Assembly: GCA_002327925.1 (NCBI GenBank)
Contig: DCVA01000036.1
Span: 3,811-67,810 of the forward strand
Direction: 5' to 3'
Source of the DNA: Anaerolineales bacterium UBA2200
GTDB lineage: Bacteria; Chloroflexota; Anaerolineae; UBA2200
Length of the DNA: 64,000 nucleotides
Shown here: positions 34,852-45,123 of the stretch, piece after piece
Layout: each line of letters starts with the position of its first letter
Numbering within the stretch: the first letter of the stretch is position 1
The notes under the pieces: model-generated
What the model saw: the letters and a program-made list of their open reading frames with translations, nothing else
Databases searched by the model: none
Told to the model about the DNA's origin: nothing
Made by a program: the position numbers and the translations under genes

Positions 34852-36369
34852 TCACGGTAGCAGCATCGGTACGATGAACCCAAAAAGACAAACCCAGTCC
34901 AGGGCCAGAAAGGCGGTGTACAGGGCTACAGGCGGCGCCCAGCGCCAGGCGGTTGGAAGCCGGGAGTTGGCCACAACGAGCAATGCGCCCAGCAGCAGCG
35001 TAACGATGGTCCACTCCGCCACATCCGCCAGCAGGATGCCAGCCAGTCCGAGCGCCGACGCTGCAAGCAAGAGTCCCAGGGCAAGGCGTGTCGCGAGACG
35101 CCGCTGGCTCAACTCGACCAGACCCGCGGCAAGACACGCAGAAATCGCCCCCAGCGCGGGGAACAGATAGCGACCCTGATGCTGCACGAACTTGAGGTTG
35201 TATCCCACGTACGTTGCCAGCGAGGCCACTGCCAGCAGCAGCGAGAGCGAGAGCACCCCTTTCTGTGAAGCGGTGAGAGAGGGGCAACGACGCCACAGGC
35301 CGTGAGTGTACTGCAGTGCACCGATGCACACTATGACCGTGAACAATGCCAGGGCGCGATAGATTCTGGCGTCGAGCAGCACGCCCATCCAGCCAAACTG
35401 ACCCCAGAAGGACCGGAAGGTGGTAACAACCCAGCGCTGGACGAGGCCGGGCAAACCCACCTCCGTCAGCAGGTCGATCGTGCGAAGCTGACCGGTGACG
35501 ATGCTGTCGTGCCGAGCCCAGCCCAGAGGATCCATCCAGCCGTAGATGGAAGCACCGCGCAAGAAGAAAGGCAGGGCAACGACGAGAGCCAGCAGGATGG
35601 CCATGAGACCATAGCAGAGTCCGGTCTTGAATCGACTCCTCAGCGCGGTTGTGGAACCAAACGCCAGCGGAGCGATGAGCACCAGCAAGCCGGCCTGCAG
35701 ATAGACCGTCGTCTTGGTCAGCAGTAGCAGACCGAGAAGCGCTCCGACCCGTGCCGCACGCGCCGTGCTTGGGCCCAGGCGAACGATGCGAAGGTTGTGC
35801 CCGAACAAGAGCAGCAGCAGGAGCTCTGCCAGCGTGTCGTTGTTGATCGCCGCTGTCATCGCTAGCCGCATCGGAAGCACCGCGACAAAGGCGCAGGCGA
35901 TCACCTGGAGGCGTGGCGACCTCGGGAAGATCTGCCCCAGAGCTGAGTGGAGCGCCAGCAGGGAAAATGCTCCAAGGACCACGGAAAAGAGCCTGAGCAG
36001 GAGAAGGCGCATGTCGAAGGGTAGTGCTGCGGTCGTCCTGTAGAGCACCGCGGCCAGCAAATAGTAGAGCGGAGGCTGGTGCGATTCGTAGCGTAGCGGC
36101 TCGACCGAGAGCGAGGGCGGAAAATGCGCGGCCTTGAGCTGCTCGAGGTAATCATGCGGGTAGTCGCCGGCCTGCAGAACGGGCAGGCGGCGATTCTCGG
36201 CCACGTAGGAAACATAGTTGAAATGAGCCGGCTCGTCCGGCGCCTGCCATATGGGCGTCTCCCGGGCGTAGAGCCAGCCGAACAGCAGGTAGCAGGCGAC
36301 GATCACCACAAGCGTCCATTGGTATCGCTTCCCGAGATCCGTCATAGCTGGCCCCGATCCGGTTGTCAA
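34852..36369 (-). CDS. GT-C fold polytopic glycosyltransferase (PMT/ArnT/DUF2142-like)
   Basis: APDEPAH after TM1, HQPPLYY, INND, LLTK, SFWGQFGW, QGRYLFP; about 12 TMs. Confidence 0.82.
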   Translation of the reverse strand: MTTGSGPAMTDLGKRYQWTLVVIVACYLLFGWLYARETPIWQAPDEPAHFNYVSYVAENRRLPVLQAGDYPHDYLEQLKAAHFPPSLSVEPLRYESHQPPLYYLLAAVLYRTTAALPFDMRLLLLRLFSVVLGAFSLLALHSALGQIFPRSPRLQVIACAFVAVLPMRLAMTAAINNDTLAELLLLLLFGHNLRIVRLGPSTARAARVGALLGLLLLTKTTVYLQAGLLVLIAPLAFGSTTALRSRFKTGLCYGLMAILLALVVALPFFLRGASIYGWMDPLGWARHDSIVTGQLRTIDLLTEVGLPGLVQRWVVTTFRSFWGQFGWMGVLLDARIYRALALFTVIVCIGALQYTHGLWRRCPSLTASQKGVLSLSLLLAVASLATYVGYNLKFVQHQGRYLFPALGAISACLAAGLVELSQRRLATRLALGLLLAASALGLAGILLADVAEWTIVTLLLGALLVVANSRLPTAWRWAPPVALYTAFLALDWVCLFGFIVPMLLP

Positions 36370-37214
36370 CTGCGCCGATAGCGGCCCATCAAGTCATTCC
36401 AGCGCACCAGCAGCACGTCGCGCAGGTTGCGCCAGGAGTCTTTGATCGGGCTTACCTTGCTCTCGCTCCCATAGTACCAGGAGACTGGCACCTCGGCAAT
36501 CCGGTAGCCCCATTTGCGAGCCAGGAAGAGGATCTCGACATCAAAACCCGTCAACAGAGCGCCGCGCACGGCACCGCCGCTGTCGCTGTAGAGACGCATA
36601 CCACGGAAGAGATCCTGAGCCGCGTCGCGCCGGAAGCACTTGAAACCGCACTGGGTGTCATGTATCCCGGGCAAGGCAAAAAGGCGCACGATCATATTGA
36701 ACACCCGTCCCATCAGATGGCGATGCCAGGGTTCACCGAAGCGTCGTGCACCCACGCCCTCCCGTGAGGCAATGGCCACGTCACAGCCAGCTTCCAGCGG
36801 GCGCAGGAGCTTGTCGACTTCCGAGATGGGGGTTGCACCGTCGGCATCGGTAAAGAGGATGTACTGCCCGGCCGCGTCCAGCATGCCCGTGCGCACGGTG
36901 AATGCCTTGCCACGATGCTCATTGCGGATAAGCCGGATAAATGGATTATTGGCCGCCAGCCGGGTAACGACATCAGCCGTACCGTCGGTACTGCCGTCGT
37001 CGACCACGATGATCTCCGAAGAGTAAGGTCGACCTTGCAGGAACTCGCCCACCGTGTGGAGCGTCTCCGGAAGCCTACGCTCCTCATTGTAGCAGGGCAA
37101 GACGACGCTCAAGTATGGTTGGTCGTGCGCGGTAGCGATATCGGGTTCTCCTGAGTGAGCTACGGGGCCTATTTGCCCGGGCTGTCCGCCAGGCCCCGGC
37201 GAGCAATAAAGCAT
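36366..37214 (-). CDS. Polyprenol-phosphate glycosyltransferase (ALG5/DPG-synthase-like GT2)
   Basis: SVVLPCYNE, VDDGSTD, RGKA..V..G, FTDADGATP, DTQCGFK, FDVEIL, SKV; true start uncertain. Confidence 0.9.
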   Translation of the reverse strand: MLYCSPGPGGQPGQIGPVAHSGEPDIATAHDQPYLSVVLPCYNEERRLPETLHTVGEFLQGRPYSSEIIVVDDGSTDGTADVVTRLAANNPFIRLIRNEHRGKAFTVRTGMLDAAGQYILFTDADGATPISEVDKLLRPLEAGCDVAIASREGVGARRFGEPWHRHLMGRVFNMIVRLFALPGIHDTQCGFKCFRRDAAQDLFRGMRLYSDSGGAVRGALLTGFDVEILFLARKWGYRIAEVPVSWYYGSESKVSPIKDSWRNLRDVLLVRWNDLMGRYRRS

Positions 37215-37243
37215 ATGATACTCGCGACTCGGCTGCTAGTCAA
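37215..37243 (-). promoter_or_regulatory. Internal sigma70-type promoter
   Basis: TTGACT-N17-TATCAT overlapping the stop codon of the upstream GT2. Confidence 0.55.
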
Positions 37244-38189
37244 CTGCTGACAGGAGATCCTCCAGATACGAGAGGTCCACCTGCCGCGCGCGTTGGATAG
37301 AACGGCGCTTTTCCAGCATGCGCACCGAGGTGAGGAGTCCAGCGAGCTGACCCTTGAGCCTCGCGCGCGCTGCTGCTCCGCGCCACGCACGAAGTGCCTG
37401 GCTGGAGATGCGCAACTGGGCGCGCAAAATGGAGTGCCCATGCTTTCGCCACAGGGGACCGGGAAGGTCCTTCACCAGCACGTACAGGGTGTTCCGCCCG
37501 GTAAAGTAGCTGGCGAGCACACCGCCCCCGCTTGCCCCGAGATGGTGATACGCCACGGCCCGGGGCGCATAGATGGTGGGCCAACCAGCCAACTGCTGAC
37601 GCCAGGCGAGATCGACGTCCTCACAATACATAAAGAAACTCTCGTCAAGCAGGCCAACCTGATCCAGCATTTTCCGGCGATATACCGCCGCCCCTCCGCA
37701 GGCCCCAAAGACAGGAGCGGGCACGTCATACTGCCCAATGTCCTTCTCCCAGACACCCCGGTTCACAGGTATCCCATCCACGCGAAAGTCGTCGCCGGCT
37801 GAGTGGAAGTGGTCGCGCTCATCATAAAGCATGATCTTGGTGGCTATGGCACCGGCAAAGGGGTTGACCTGCGCTGCCCGGATGACCTCCTCAATCCACG
37901 ACGGCTCCAATACGACATCCTGATTCACAATCGCGACGAGGGTTCCGGAGGAGTGAAGAATGCCTGCGTTCGCGGCGCCTGTGTATCCGCGGTTCGTGCC
38001 AAGTCGCAGCAGGTGCGACGCGGGATAATCTCGCTCGACCAGTTCGGCAGTGCCATCGCTCGAGGCTCCGTCTGCGACGACAATCTCGGCCGGAGGCACA
38101 CTCTGGCGAAGCAGCGAATCCAGACACTCAGGAAGAAGTGAGGCTCCGTTCCAGGTTGGGATCACCACGGACACAGTCTCAGCGGCCAC
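37236..38189 (-). CDS. GT2 glycosyltransferase (rhamnosyltransferase-like)
   Basis: SVVIPTWNG, N.GY.GAAN.G, VNQD, ACGGAA.YRR, FFMYCEDVDL; GTG 38189 overlapping rfbD stop, SD GGAGG. Confidence 0.9.
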   Translation of the reverse strand: MAAETVSVVIPTWNGASLLPECLDSLLRQSVPPAEIVVADGASSDGTAELVERDYPASHLLRLGTNRGYTGAANAGILHSSGTLVAIVNQDVVLEPSWIEEVIRAAQVNPFAGAIATKIMLYDERDHFHSAGDDFRVDGIPVNRGVWEKDIGQYDVPAPVFGACGGAAVYRRKMLDQVGLLDESFFMYCEDVDLAWRQQLAGWPTIYAPRAVAYHHLGASGGGVLASYFTGRNTLYVLVKDLPGPLWRKHGHSILRAQLRISSQALRAWRGAAARARLKGQLAGLLTSVRMLEKRRSIQRARQVDLSYLEDLLSAVD

Positions 38190-39009
38190 AGAAGTAATCC
38201 TCCAGGGCACTTTCCCAGGGGCGGAGCGTGATTCCGAGTTGTGTTGCCCCGCAAAAGTTGCGCAGTTCCGAGCGAGCCGGCACCTTCGCTGCCCGCACAA
38301 AGCCACTGGTGGGGGAGACGCGGCTCGGATCCAAACCAGCTAACCGGAGGATCGCCTGGGCCCACTCAAAGCGCGAGCACACGCCCTGGTTCGTAAAATG
38401 GTAGATGCCATACGCAGAGGATGGGAAAAGCTTGCAAATGGCTTCGGCAAGGTCCGGGGCATAAGTGGGCGATCCTACCTCATCTGTCACGAAATGCAGT
38501 GCGTCGCGCTGCGCGGCAAGCCTCAGCACTGTCTTGACAAAGTTCTTGCCCTCGCGACTGTACAGCCATGCAGTACGCACAATGTAGAAACGCCTCAGTA
38601 GCGATGCGGTCAGCTGCTCGCCGGCCAGTTTCGATCTGGCATACGTGCTTTGAGGGTTAGGGGCATCCCATTCCCAGTACGGTTCGGTCTTTTGCCCATC
38701 GAAGACATAGTCGGTGCTCACACACACCATCGCGGCGTCACAGTCCTGGCAGCCAAGCGCCACGTTCTGTGTGCCAAGGGCATTGACCCGGTAGGCCATC
38801 GCGGGGTCTGTCTCACAAGCGTCGACGTTGGTGAACGCGGCAGCATGAATGACAATCTCGGGATGAAAGGTGCGGATGACCTCGCGCGTCTGATGATAGT
38901 CGCCAATATCGTACTGGGGGAGGTCGATGAGCAGCAAGTCCTCTCCGGCGAGCCTCTTCTGCAGCGCCAGGCCGAGCTGTCCTGCGCTTCCCGTGATCGC
39001 GATTCTCAT
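38179..39009 (-). CDS. rfbD: dTDP-4-dehydrorhamnose reductase
   Basis: ITGSAGQLG, HAAAFTNVD.CE, STDYVFDG, YARSK, RTAWLY, GSPTY. Confidence 0.96.
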   Translation of the reverse strand: MRIAITGSAGQLGLALQKRLAGEDLLLIDLPQYDIGDYHQTREVIRTFHPEIVIHAAAFTNVDACETDPAMAYRVNALGTQNVALGCQDCDAAMVCVSTDYVFDGQKTEPYWEWDAPNPQSTYARSKLAGEQLTASLLRRFYIVRTAWLYSREGKNFVKTVLRLAAQRDALHFVTDEVGSPTYAPDLAEAICKLFPSSAYGIYHFTNQGVCSRFEWAQAILRLAGLDPSRVSPTSGFVRAAKVPARSELRNFCGATQLGITLRPWESALEDYFCGR

Positions 39010-40788
39010 TTAGGCCTCCTGTTGCCGGGGCTTGTGCAGCCGATTCGTGCGTCGTTGGTGCCAATCGCCAAGTGCCAGCAAGGCAGGTTGCGCCAAGACA
39101 GCCGGGATGGGCAGCCCCAATCCCACCAGCGCAAACCACATGGCTTGTTCCAGCAGAAAGTACTGAACATAGGCCACGGTGAGGTTCGGGATATACCACC
39201 GGAAGGCAACACCGCTCCACGTTACACAGCAGGCCACTCCCTGGGCGATCAGAACGAGCGAAACCAGAGCTACTGAGTAGGTGGCCTTGGCGACTTCGTA
39301 GGCCGACCGCTCACGTTGACGCCATGAGCCCCACAGGACTATTACGGCGCCAACTGCCATGGCCAGAATGGCGTTGTGCAAGTTGCCCAGCAGATTGGAT
39401 GCCAACGCCCCTGGCGGGATGGTGCTAAAGCTGTACAAGTTGCCCTGCCGCAGGTACAGCAGGTGATAGACCTCGAGACTCACACAGGAAGCCAATGCGA
39501 TCCAAAGGGTGCGGCGTCCGCGCTTTAGCCAGAGGGCAAGAGGCGGGCTCAGCAAGGCTGCTGCAAAAGCAGGCAAACGCTGATTGCGCTCCGAGTACAG
39601 GCGGGCCAGTCGTCCGCGCACCATTTCGAGGTCGGTCTGCTTCACAGCGAGTTCTGCCAGCTCGGCGGCGCTGGTGACATTCCCTACCAGAAGTGAGCTC
39701 TGGGCTGTGAGTCTATCCCCCTCCGCCGTCTTGCTCACCGCCCCCCGACCGATGCTTGCAAGGTACATGTTGCCTATGCGGAGCCTCTGTGCCGCCAGGG
39801 CCAGCAGCTTGGTCGCGGCCTGCTCATCGCTCATCTTCAGCATCTTGGACGGGATGCTTCCCTGGGCATGAGCGGGAACGGGAGATCCGAGCAGGGCCGA
39901 CACCAGAGTCGCAACGTCCATGGCGCTGATTGCGCGATAGGAACCCGGAGCGATGCCCTGTCCGACCATCACGAACGGGGTGAGCCTCGCGCTCACCTCC
40001 GCGCCCCCGTGCGTTCCATCGTCGAGCTGGCCATGGCTCGCCAGAATCATGAGGACGCTCCGCGACAGATCCATCGCACTGGCAACTCGCTGGATGTAAG
40101 CATCGCAGCGGAGCGCAGCCTCCTGATACGCGGAGCTCGTCGCCCCGTACACCCGGCCCGCCTCCTCAACCTGCCTGAGATGGATGAACAGCAGATTCGG
40201 CGCGAACTCGCGGACAAAACTGACCGCCTTCTCAACGACTTCGCTGTCTCCTTCATCTGACGAGGAGTCCACATAGGCATGCACATACAGGCCCTCCGGT
40301 GGCACGAGACGCTCCCACCACCGCAGTCCGGCAATACCCGCCGTCAGCCCAGCCCGACCAACAGAGCCAAACACCGTATCCAACCGGATCGGCTGAATGA
40401 GCTCCACAGCGCGGTCCACCAGTGGGGCATCGTTTGTCTCTGGACCCACGCCAGTCACAAGGGTCGTCAAGGCAGTCTGTGTGGATGAGGGCGGCGGGAA
40501 TACCAGCAGCGCATCGGCTCCCACCGAGCGCAGTGCCTTGAGAGTGGGCATTTCCAGTGACGTGTCATGGCGAAGTCCATCGACGACAACTACCACCACT
40601 TGTTGCGTAATGGGGTCGGTGACATCATGCGTTAGTGGAGGGTAACCCTTCAGCGGCGTGCGGTACGCAAAGATGGAGAGCACCAGGGCGTCGGCCATGC
40701 GGTAGGCAAGCAGCCCGACCAGCAGCAGCGCCATGATCATCAAGATCAGCAGACCAGTCTTGCCCATGCTCAGTCTGGAACCGGCCAA
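39010..40788 (-). CDS. Alkaline-phosphatase-superfamily membrane protein resembling GPI ethanolamine-phosphate transferases (PIG-G/O-like)
   Basis: N-terminal TM; VVVVDGLR.D; PPSSTQT; SHG..GTHGG.E..TPF; D.A.L.S.LLG.P.P...QG; about 6 C-terminal TMs. Confidence 0.7.
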   Translation of the reverse strand: MAGSRLSMGKTGLLILMIMALLLVGLLAYRMADALVLSIFAYRTPLKGYPPLTHDVTDPITQQVVVVVVDGLRHDTSLEMPTLKALRSVGADALLVFPPPSSTQTALTTLVTGVGPETNDAPLVDRAVELIQPIRLDTVFGSVGRAGLTAGIAGLRWWERLVPPEGLYVHAYVDSSSDEGDSEVVEKAVSFVREFAPNLLFIHLRQVEEAGRVYGATSSAYQEAALRCDAYIQRVASAMDLSRSVLMILASHGQLDDGTHGGAEVSARLTPFVMVGQGIAPGSYRAISAMDVATLVSALLGSPVPAHAQGSIPSKMLKMSDEQAATKLLALAAQRLRIGNMYLASIGRGAVSKTAEGDRLTAQSSLLVGNVTSAAELAELAVKQTDLEMVRGRLARLYSERNQRLPAFAAALLSPPLALWLKRGRRTLWIALASCVSLEVYHLLYLRQGNLYSFSTIPPGALASNLLGNLHNAILAMAVGAVIVLWGSWRQRERSAYEVAKATYSVALVSLVLIAQGVACCVTWSGVAFRWYIPNLTVAYVQYFLLEQAMWFALVGLGLPIPAVLAQPALLALGDWHQRRTNRLHKPRQQEA

Positions 40789-40793
40789 ACGCG

Positions 40794-41711
40794 CTACACC
40801 CTGAGGTTCAGTGCAGAGGAAAGGACACGGAACGTGGCAGGAGCCTCCCCGACCAGCTCACCCTCCGCCTGAATGAACATGCGCTGCCTGGCCTGAACGT
40901 GGATTTCTGTAGTACGGAAAGACTCAACCTTGGGATGAGTAAGGTGCGTGCCTTTGTAGACGCGCGGAACGTTGTAGAGGAATTCCAGTGTGTTGAGATC
41001 CTTCAGGAGCACAACGTCCAGGAGTCCGTCGTCCGCAGAGGCGCGCGGCCCGATCCACATACCCCCGCCGAAATACTGCCCGTTGCACACCACAACCGAA
41101 TTGACCCTGCCGCTTATGCTGTGCCCATCGAACTCAAGCTCCACGTCCTTGTTGCGATAGCTGAACAAGGTAGCTACCAGGCTGGACAGGTACGGGATAG
41201 TGCCGGACAGTCGTTTGCTCATGCGATTGACTCTTGCGCACACCTCACTGTCGAAACCCAGACCGGCAACGTTGACAAAGTAGCGGGTGTGCGGCCGGCC
41301 ATCCCTCTGGCATCGTATCTCCCCGATATCCACCCTGCGAACCGCGCTTGCCGCTACGGCCTGCGCTGCCTTCAGCGGGTCTCTCGACACGCCCAGAAAA
41401 CGGACCAGGTCGGAACCCGTTCCTCCGGGGACTATGCTGAGAGACACGGCTGGGTCGATGGCTCCTTCAACCACCAGGCCATTGACAGCTTCGTGTACCG
41501 TGCCATCGCCACCGACAACGACAAATTCGCGGAACCCCTCGTCCAGCGCGCGGCGTGCGATCTCTGCTGCGTGCCAGGGTCGCTCGGTGAGCTCAGCGCA
41601 GAAGACGAGCCCGGACTGCCGCAGAATCGCCTCAAGCTCCGGCCAGAGTTTCCCCGACCGACCTCCCGAACTGACCGGGTTGATGATTACCTTCCACCCG
41701 CGTTCTGTCAT
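40794..41711 (-). CDS. Diacylglycerol kinase family lipid kinase (DgkB/YegS-like)
   Basis: IINPVS, GGDGTVHE, PGGTGSD, FVNVAGLGFD, NGQYFGGG, DDGLLD. Confidence 0.93.
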   Translation of the reverse strand: MTERGWKVIINPVSSGGRSGKLWPELEAILRQSGLVFCAELTERPWHAAEIARRALDEGFREFVVVGGDGTVHEAVNGLVVEGAIDPAVSLSIVPGGTGSDLVRFLGVSRDPLKAAQAVAASAVRRVDIGEIRCQRDGRPHTRYFVNVAGLGFDSEVCARVNRMSKRLSGTIPYLSSLVATLFSYRNKDVELEFDGHSISGRVNSVVVCNGQYFGGGMWIGPRASADDGLLDVVLLKDLNTLEFLYNVPRVYKGTHLTHPKVESFRTTEIHVQARQRMFIQAEGELVGEAPATFRVLSSALNLRV

Positions 41712-41735
41712 TGTTGCCCTCCGACGCGTGCGTGT

Positions 41736-44700
41736 CTACCGGGAGCCAGTCACCACACCAGTTGAGTCCGAAGCATAGCCAAAGCAATGTACAGCGAAGC
41801 TGTACGTTCCCGCTGCTGGACCATCGACAGAGAGATAGTACGCACCCGGGCTCACATTGGCGAGACTGGTTGACAGTCCGCGTCTCGCCATCGCCAAGCA
41901 GTTGTCTGGATCGTTGCCCGAGAACATGAACAACCTCAAGTCGGCATCGGCTCCAAGGCTCAGCTCAAGAAAGCGCAACGGGCTGCTGATGGTGAGGCTG
42001 TAGAGTACTTCCGGTCCCGACATGCCGGTCGCGCAGATGCCGTAGCTGCTGATGTCGGAGGACTGGCCCACAGTCGTCCCGGCATAGATACCCTCGCAGA
42101 CTGCCGGCGTGGCGCTCAGAGTAGGCAGAGCTGTGGGCGTTGGGGAAGGTACAGCCGTCTGTGTAGGCGTTGGGCCGCGGAATCCCCCCTGCACAAGTGG
42201 CAAGAGAACTCTCCCGTACATGGTGCCCGATGTAGCAGTAGCCGTTGGGGTCGCAGTCGGCGTTTCCTCAGGCAGTGTACCGGTGGCTGTGGGCGTGGGA
42301 GTGGACGTAGCAGTGGCGGTGCGTGTCGGCACGACGGTGTCGGTCGCCGTTGACGTGGCCGTGGCACTGGCTTGAGCGGTAGGACTCTCCGTGGCTGTGC
42401 TGCTGGGAGTGGCCGTTGGTGAAGCCGTAGAGGAGGCCGTTGGCGTGGCTGTTTCCGTGGGTGTCGGAGTGGCCGCGTCCGTGGCCGTTGCGGTGGGCGT
42501 GTGGGTTGGCGTGGGAGTCAGGGTGTCCGTTGGCCCTGGTATCTCGGTCAGGGTCGGTGCAGGCGTCGGAGTCTGCTGAATCTGGCAGTCTACCGACAGC
42601 TCGAACGTACCGCCATCAAGACCGTCGATGACCAGCAGGTATGTGCCCGAAGGCAATGTGCTGCTTATCCAGGCCCCCATGCTCAGGCAGTCCTGCTGGC
42701 CTGTCCCTGACAGCAGGAAGGCCGCCAGCTCGGCGGTAGTGCTGACGCTGATCGTGGCATCGACAGGGTCGATCACCTCAAGCTGGTACACAATCTCGGG
42801 TCCACTGAACCCCTCACCGCACACACCATAGTTCTCAACCTGATTGGCGTAAAGAGCCGTGTTGCCTGTAACCACCTGGCCGCAAGAAATCGGGAGGGGG
42901 TTGTCGAATCCTCCAGGCTGCGATTGGCCACTGATGGATACGCTTCCGTTCTGCACGCCACCGAGGACCGAGCTGCCACCGTAGGTAACCTCGGTCTTGT
43001 AGGGCAGTTGAATGCCAAAGCTGAGCGGCGAAGCCAAGCCGCCTGTGCCCCACAGGGCTTTGAAGCGGACGGTGGCCAGCGAGAACGTGCCGCTTGGTCG
43101 CGGCTCGTCGGGATCATAGATACCCGCGGCGAAGTGAATTCTGGCAGGCAGAGTGTCCGTGTACACGCGGTTGCGAAGCACCTGACTGAGCAGGCCGCTG
43201 GCCTGAATCCGTCCCGTTGGGATACCCGAGGCATCCACTACCTGCAGGTAGGTTGGGTCAAAGTAGATGTGCACCTCGGCACCGTCCACCAGCTGCTCGC
43301 CGGCAGCTATCTTGATGTCGACGGTAAAGATCTCGTCCTTCACGACAGACGAATCGAGCGGATCCAGGGTGACGTACACAGAGTTGACCACCTGATCAGA
43401 TGTGCGCAGGCGGATTCCCAGGTCAGCGTTGGCCATTCCGGCATCTTCCCAGAGCGAGTCAGAGCCGGACGGGCTGATGAAGGTCCGCTCGACCTCCGAC
43501 ACGCCGCGGTTGTCGACTGCGATGGGATAGTTGTAGCTCTGGTTTGTCAGCTTGACCACTACAACTGCGTCGTTGCCTTCATCGAGGGCAACGGCGGGTT
43601 CGATGGCGACCGAGTGGTATCCCGCCTCGGTGAATGCCAGATTCTCTCGAGAATAGAGTAGGTTTCCTGGACCATTGCCATCAAAGCTATCATACAGATA
43701 GACATCTACATCCACAGTACTATCCGTGGTCCAGAATTCGATTCGGGTGGCCCAGGTTGCCGAGGGCGGCGTGAACCGGGCAAGGCCCCAGGCGGTTGCG
43801 CTGCCATAACCCCAGGACTCGTTCCAGCCCGCTTCGTCAAAGTACAGCAGGCCCCCAAGGTCGTCAAAGGTCTGCCAGCGATGAGCATAGGAGGAATACG
43901 TGCCAATGTTCGCCGAGCCGTAGGCAATAGTGAAGTAACCTCCCTCGCTGCCGTAGCCGCAGGGGCCGCCCCAGTAGCTGCCCCAGCTGTTCCTGACGAT
44001 CCACGCACCCGTGCCGCCATCGTGAACAAGCGCGTCGTCCCAGCCAACGATGAGCACATTGTGGTTGGGTTCACCACCCTCCGGGTGGTAGAGGGTGTAG
44101 GAGCCGTCGTAGCTGGCGAACTCGGCGTCCCACTCGTCCCCGCTGCCCGTGTAGAGAGTCGTGGCAATCGGGCCGTAGCTCTGCACGTACAGCTTGAGCA
44201 GATTCGTGTCCGGGACCGAATCCCCGCTCAGGAGACGCCAGTCCAGCACGGTCGCGCGGTAAGGGCATGTACTGGTGCAGGAGTCGTCCATATCGGAGTA
44301 AGGATCGCACACCTCATCCACAGTGCCCTTTTGGCTGAACAAGTTCGCAACCATTATCGGGTTGCCCCCCAGGCAGCTCCCGGAGCTCAAGTAGTTGCCG
44401 TTGGCAGCTTCCCAGTTGCACTCTTTTGCGTTGTTCTCAGCCACGTCTGGCAGAGATGTTCCGTCAATGAGCAGACGGGATTCCAGATTGGCTACCGAGG
44501 CGAAGACGTAGGAGGCAGCGCACGCCTGTTGATCCCTGACAGGGGAGACCTTGCCGAGCTCGCGCCAGTCCCAGCGCGTGGAGAGCGTATGTGCCTGTCC
44601 GGCGAAAGCCAGGGCCGCCGTTTGAATGTGGCTCAGGTCGAGAGACGGAGGTCGAAACCCGGTCCGGGGCGCCAGGTCATCGGCCGACAATGCCCGGGTG

Positions 44701-44942
44701 GGCGCAACCTGGACGGCAGCGCGGAGCTCGCCTTCAGTACCCGCGCTTGCAGGCGAGCCGGGCGCTGTGCCGGCGGTCGCCGAATGGAATCCCAGGAACA
44801 TCCCGATCACGACGAGTAGAACGATAAGCACGCCGATTCGTGTGTGGTGTGACAAGCGATATCCTTTCCGCAGGTCTGGACGCATGGGGCGCCTCGGGCT
44901 TCTGGAACGCTCCGGGGTTGCCAGGGCCTTTGACGTCGCCAT
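41736..44942 (-). CDS. Secreted papain-fold (C1A) protein with Ser at the nucleophile site, plus lectin-like, cohesin-like and two Cys-bounded beta domains and a Thr/Pro linker
   Basis: WDWR...[44 protein letters not shown]; start is either ATG 44942 or TTG 44855 (SD GAAAGGA). Confidence 0.85.
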   Translation of the reverse strand: MATSKALATPERSRSPRRPMRPDLRKGYRLSHHTRIGVLIVLLVVIGMFLGFHSATAGTAPGSPASAGTEGELRAAVQVAPTRALSADDLAPRTGFRPPSLDLSHIQTAALAFAGQAHTLSTRWDWRELGKVSPVRDQQACAASYVFASVANLESRLLIDGTSLPDVAENNAKECNWEAANGNYLSSGSCLGGNPIMVANLFSQKGTVDEVCDPYSDMDDSCTSTCPYRATVLDWRLLSGDSVPDTNLLKLYVQSYGPIATTLYTGSGDEWDAEFASYDGSYTLYHPEGGEPNHNVLIVGWDDALVHDGGTGAWIVRNSWGSYWGGPCGYGSEGGYFTIAYGSANIGTYSSYAHRWQTFDDLGGLLYFDEAGWNESWGYGSATAWGLARFTPPSATWATRIEFWTTDSTVDVDVYLYDSFDGNGPGNLLYSRENLAFTEAGYHSVAIEPAVALDEGNDAVVVVKLTNQSYNYPIAVDNRGVSEVERTFISPSGSDSLWEDAGMANADLGIRLRTSDQVVNSVYVTLDPLDSSVVKDEIFTVDIKIAAGEQLVDGAEVHIYFDPTYLQVVDASGIPTGRIQASGLLSQVLRNRVYTDTLPARIHFAAGIYDPDEPRPSGTFSLATVRFKALWGTGGLASPLSFGIQLPYKTEVTYGGSSVLGGVQNGSVSISGQSQPGGFDNPLPISCGQVVTGNTALYANQVENYGVCGEGFSGPEIVYQLEVIDPVDATISVSTTAELAAFLLSGTGQQDCLSMGAWISSTLPSGTYLLVIDGLDGGTFELSVDCQIQQTPTPAPTLTEIPGPTDTLTPTPTHTPTATATDAATPTPTETATPTASSTASPTATPSSTATESPTAQASATATSTATDTVVPTRTATATSTPTPTATGTLPEETPTATPTATATSGTMYGRVLLPLVQGGFRGPTPTQTAVPSPTPTALPTLSATPAVCEGIYAGTTVGQSSDISSYGICATGMSGPEVLYSLTISSPLRFLELSLGADADLRLFMFSGNDPDNCLAMARRGLSTSLANVSPGAYYLSVDGPAAGTYSFAVHCFGYASDSTGVVTGSR
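42110..42575 (-). repeat. Low-complexity Thr/Pro/Ala linker (TPTAT-like units)
   Basis: Imperfect in-frame acn-ccn-acn-gcn repeats. Confidence 0.85.
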
Positions 44943-44950
44943 GTTTGTCG

Positions 44951-44979
44951 ATTGTATCCCCATCGGACGCGAGCGTCAA
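44951..44979 (-). promoter_or_regulatory. Sigma70-type promoter for the C1A gene and possibly the downstream glycosylation genes
   Basis: TTGACG-N17-TACAAT, 8 nt upstream of ATG 44942. Confidence 0.7.
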
Positions 44980-45123
44980 ATCGAGTCGGTCAGAAACGCC
45001 CGCACCTATCTGACGCTCGCGACCCGCGGAGCATACGCCCAGTTGCCGGGCGGGGAGTCGAAACGGACTGGCGATGGGGGCAGCACCCGTGTTTTACACA
45101 ACACAGGACGCCGCACGCCGAAG

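Noticed and set aside
42110-42575. Low-complexity tract as a VNTR or contingency locus
   Set aside because: Imperfect at the DNA level and fully explained by a Thr/Pro linker.
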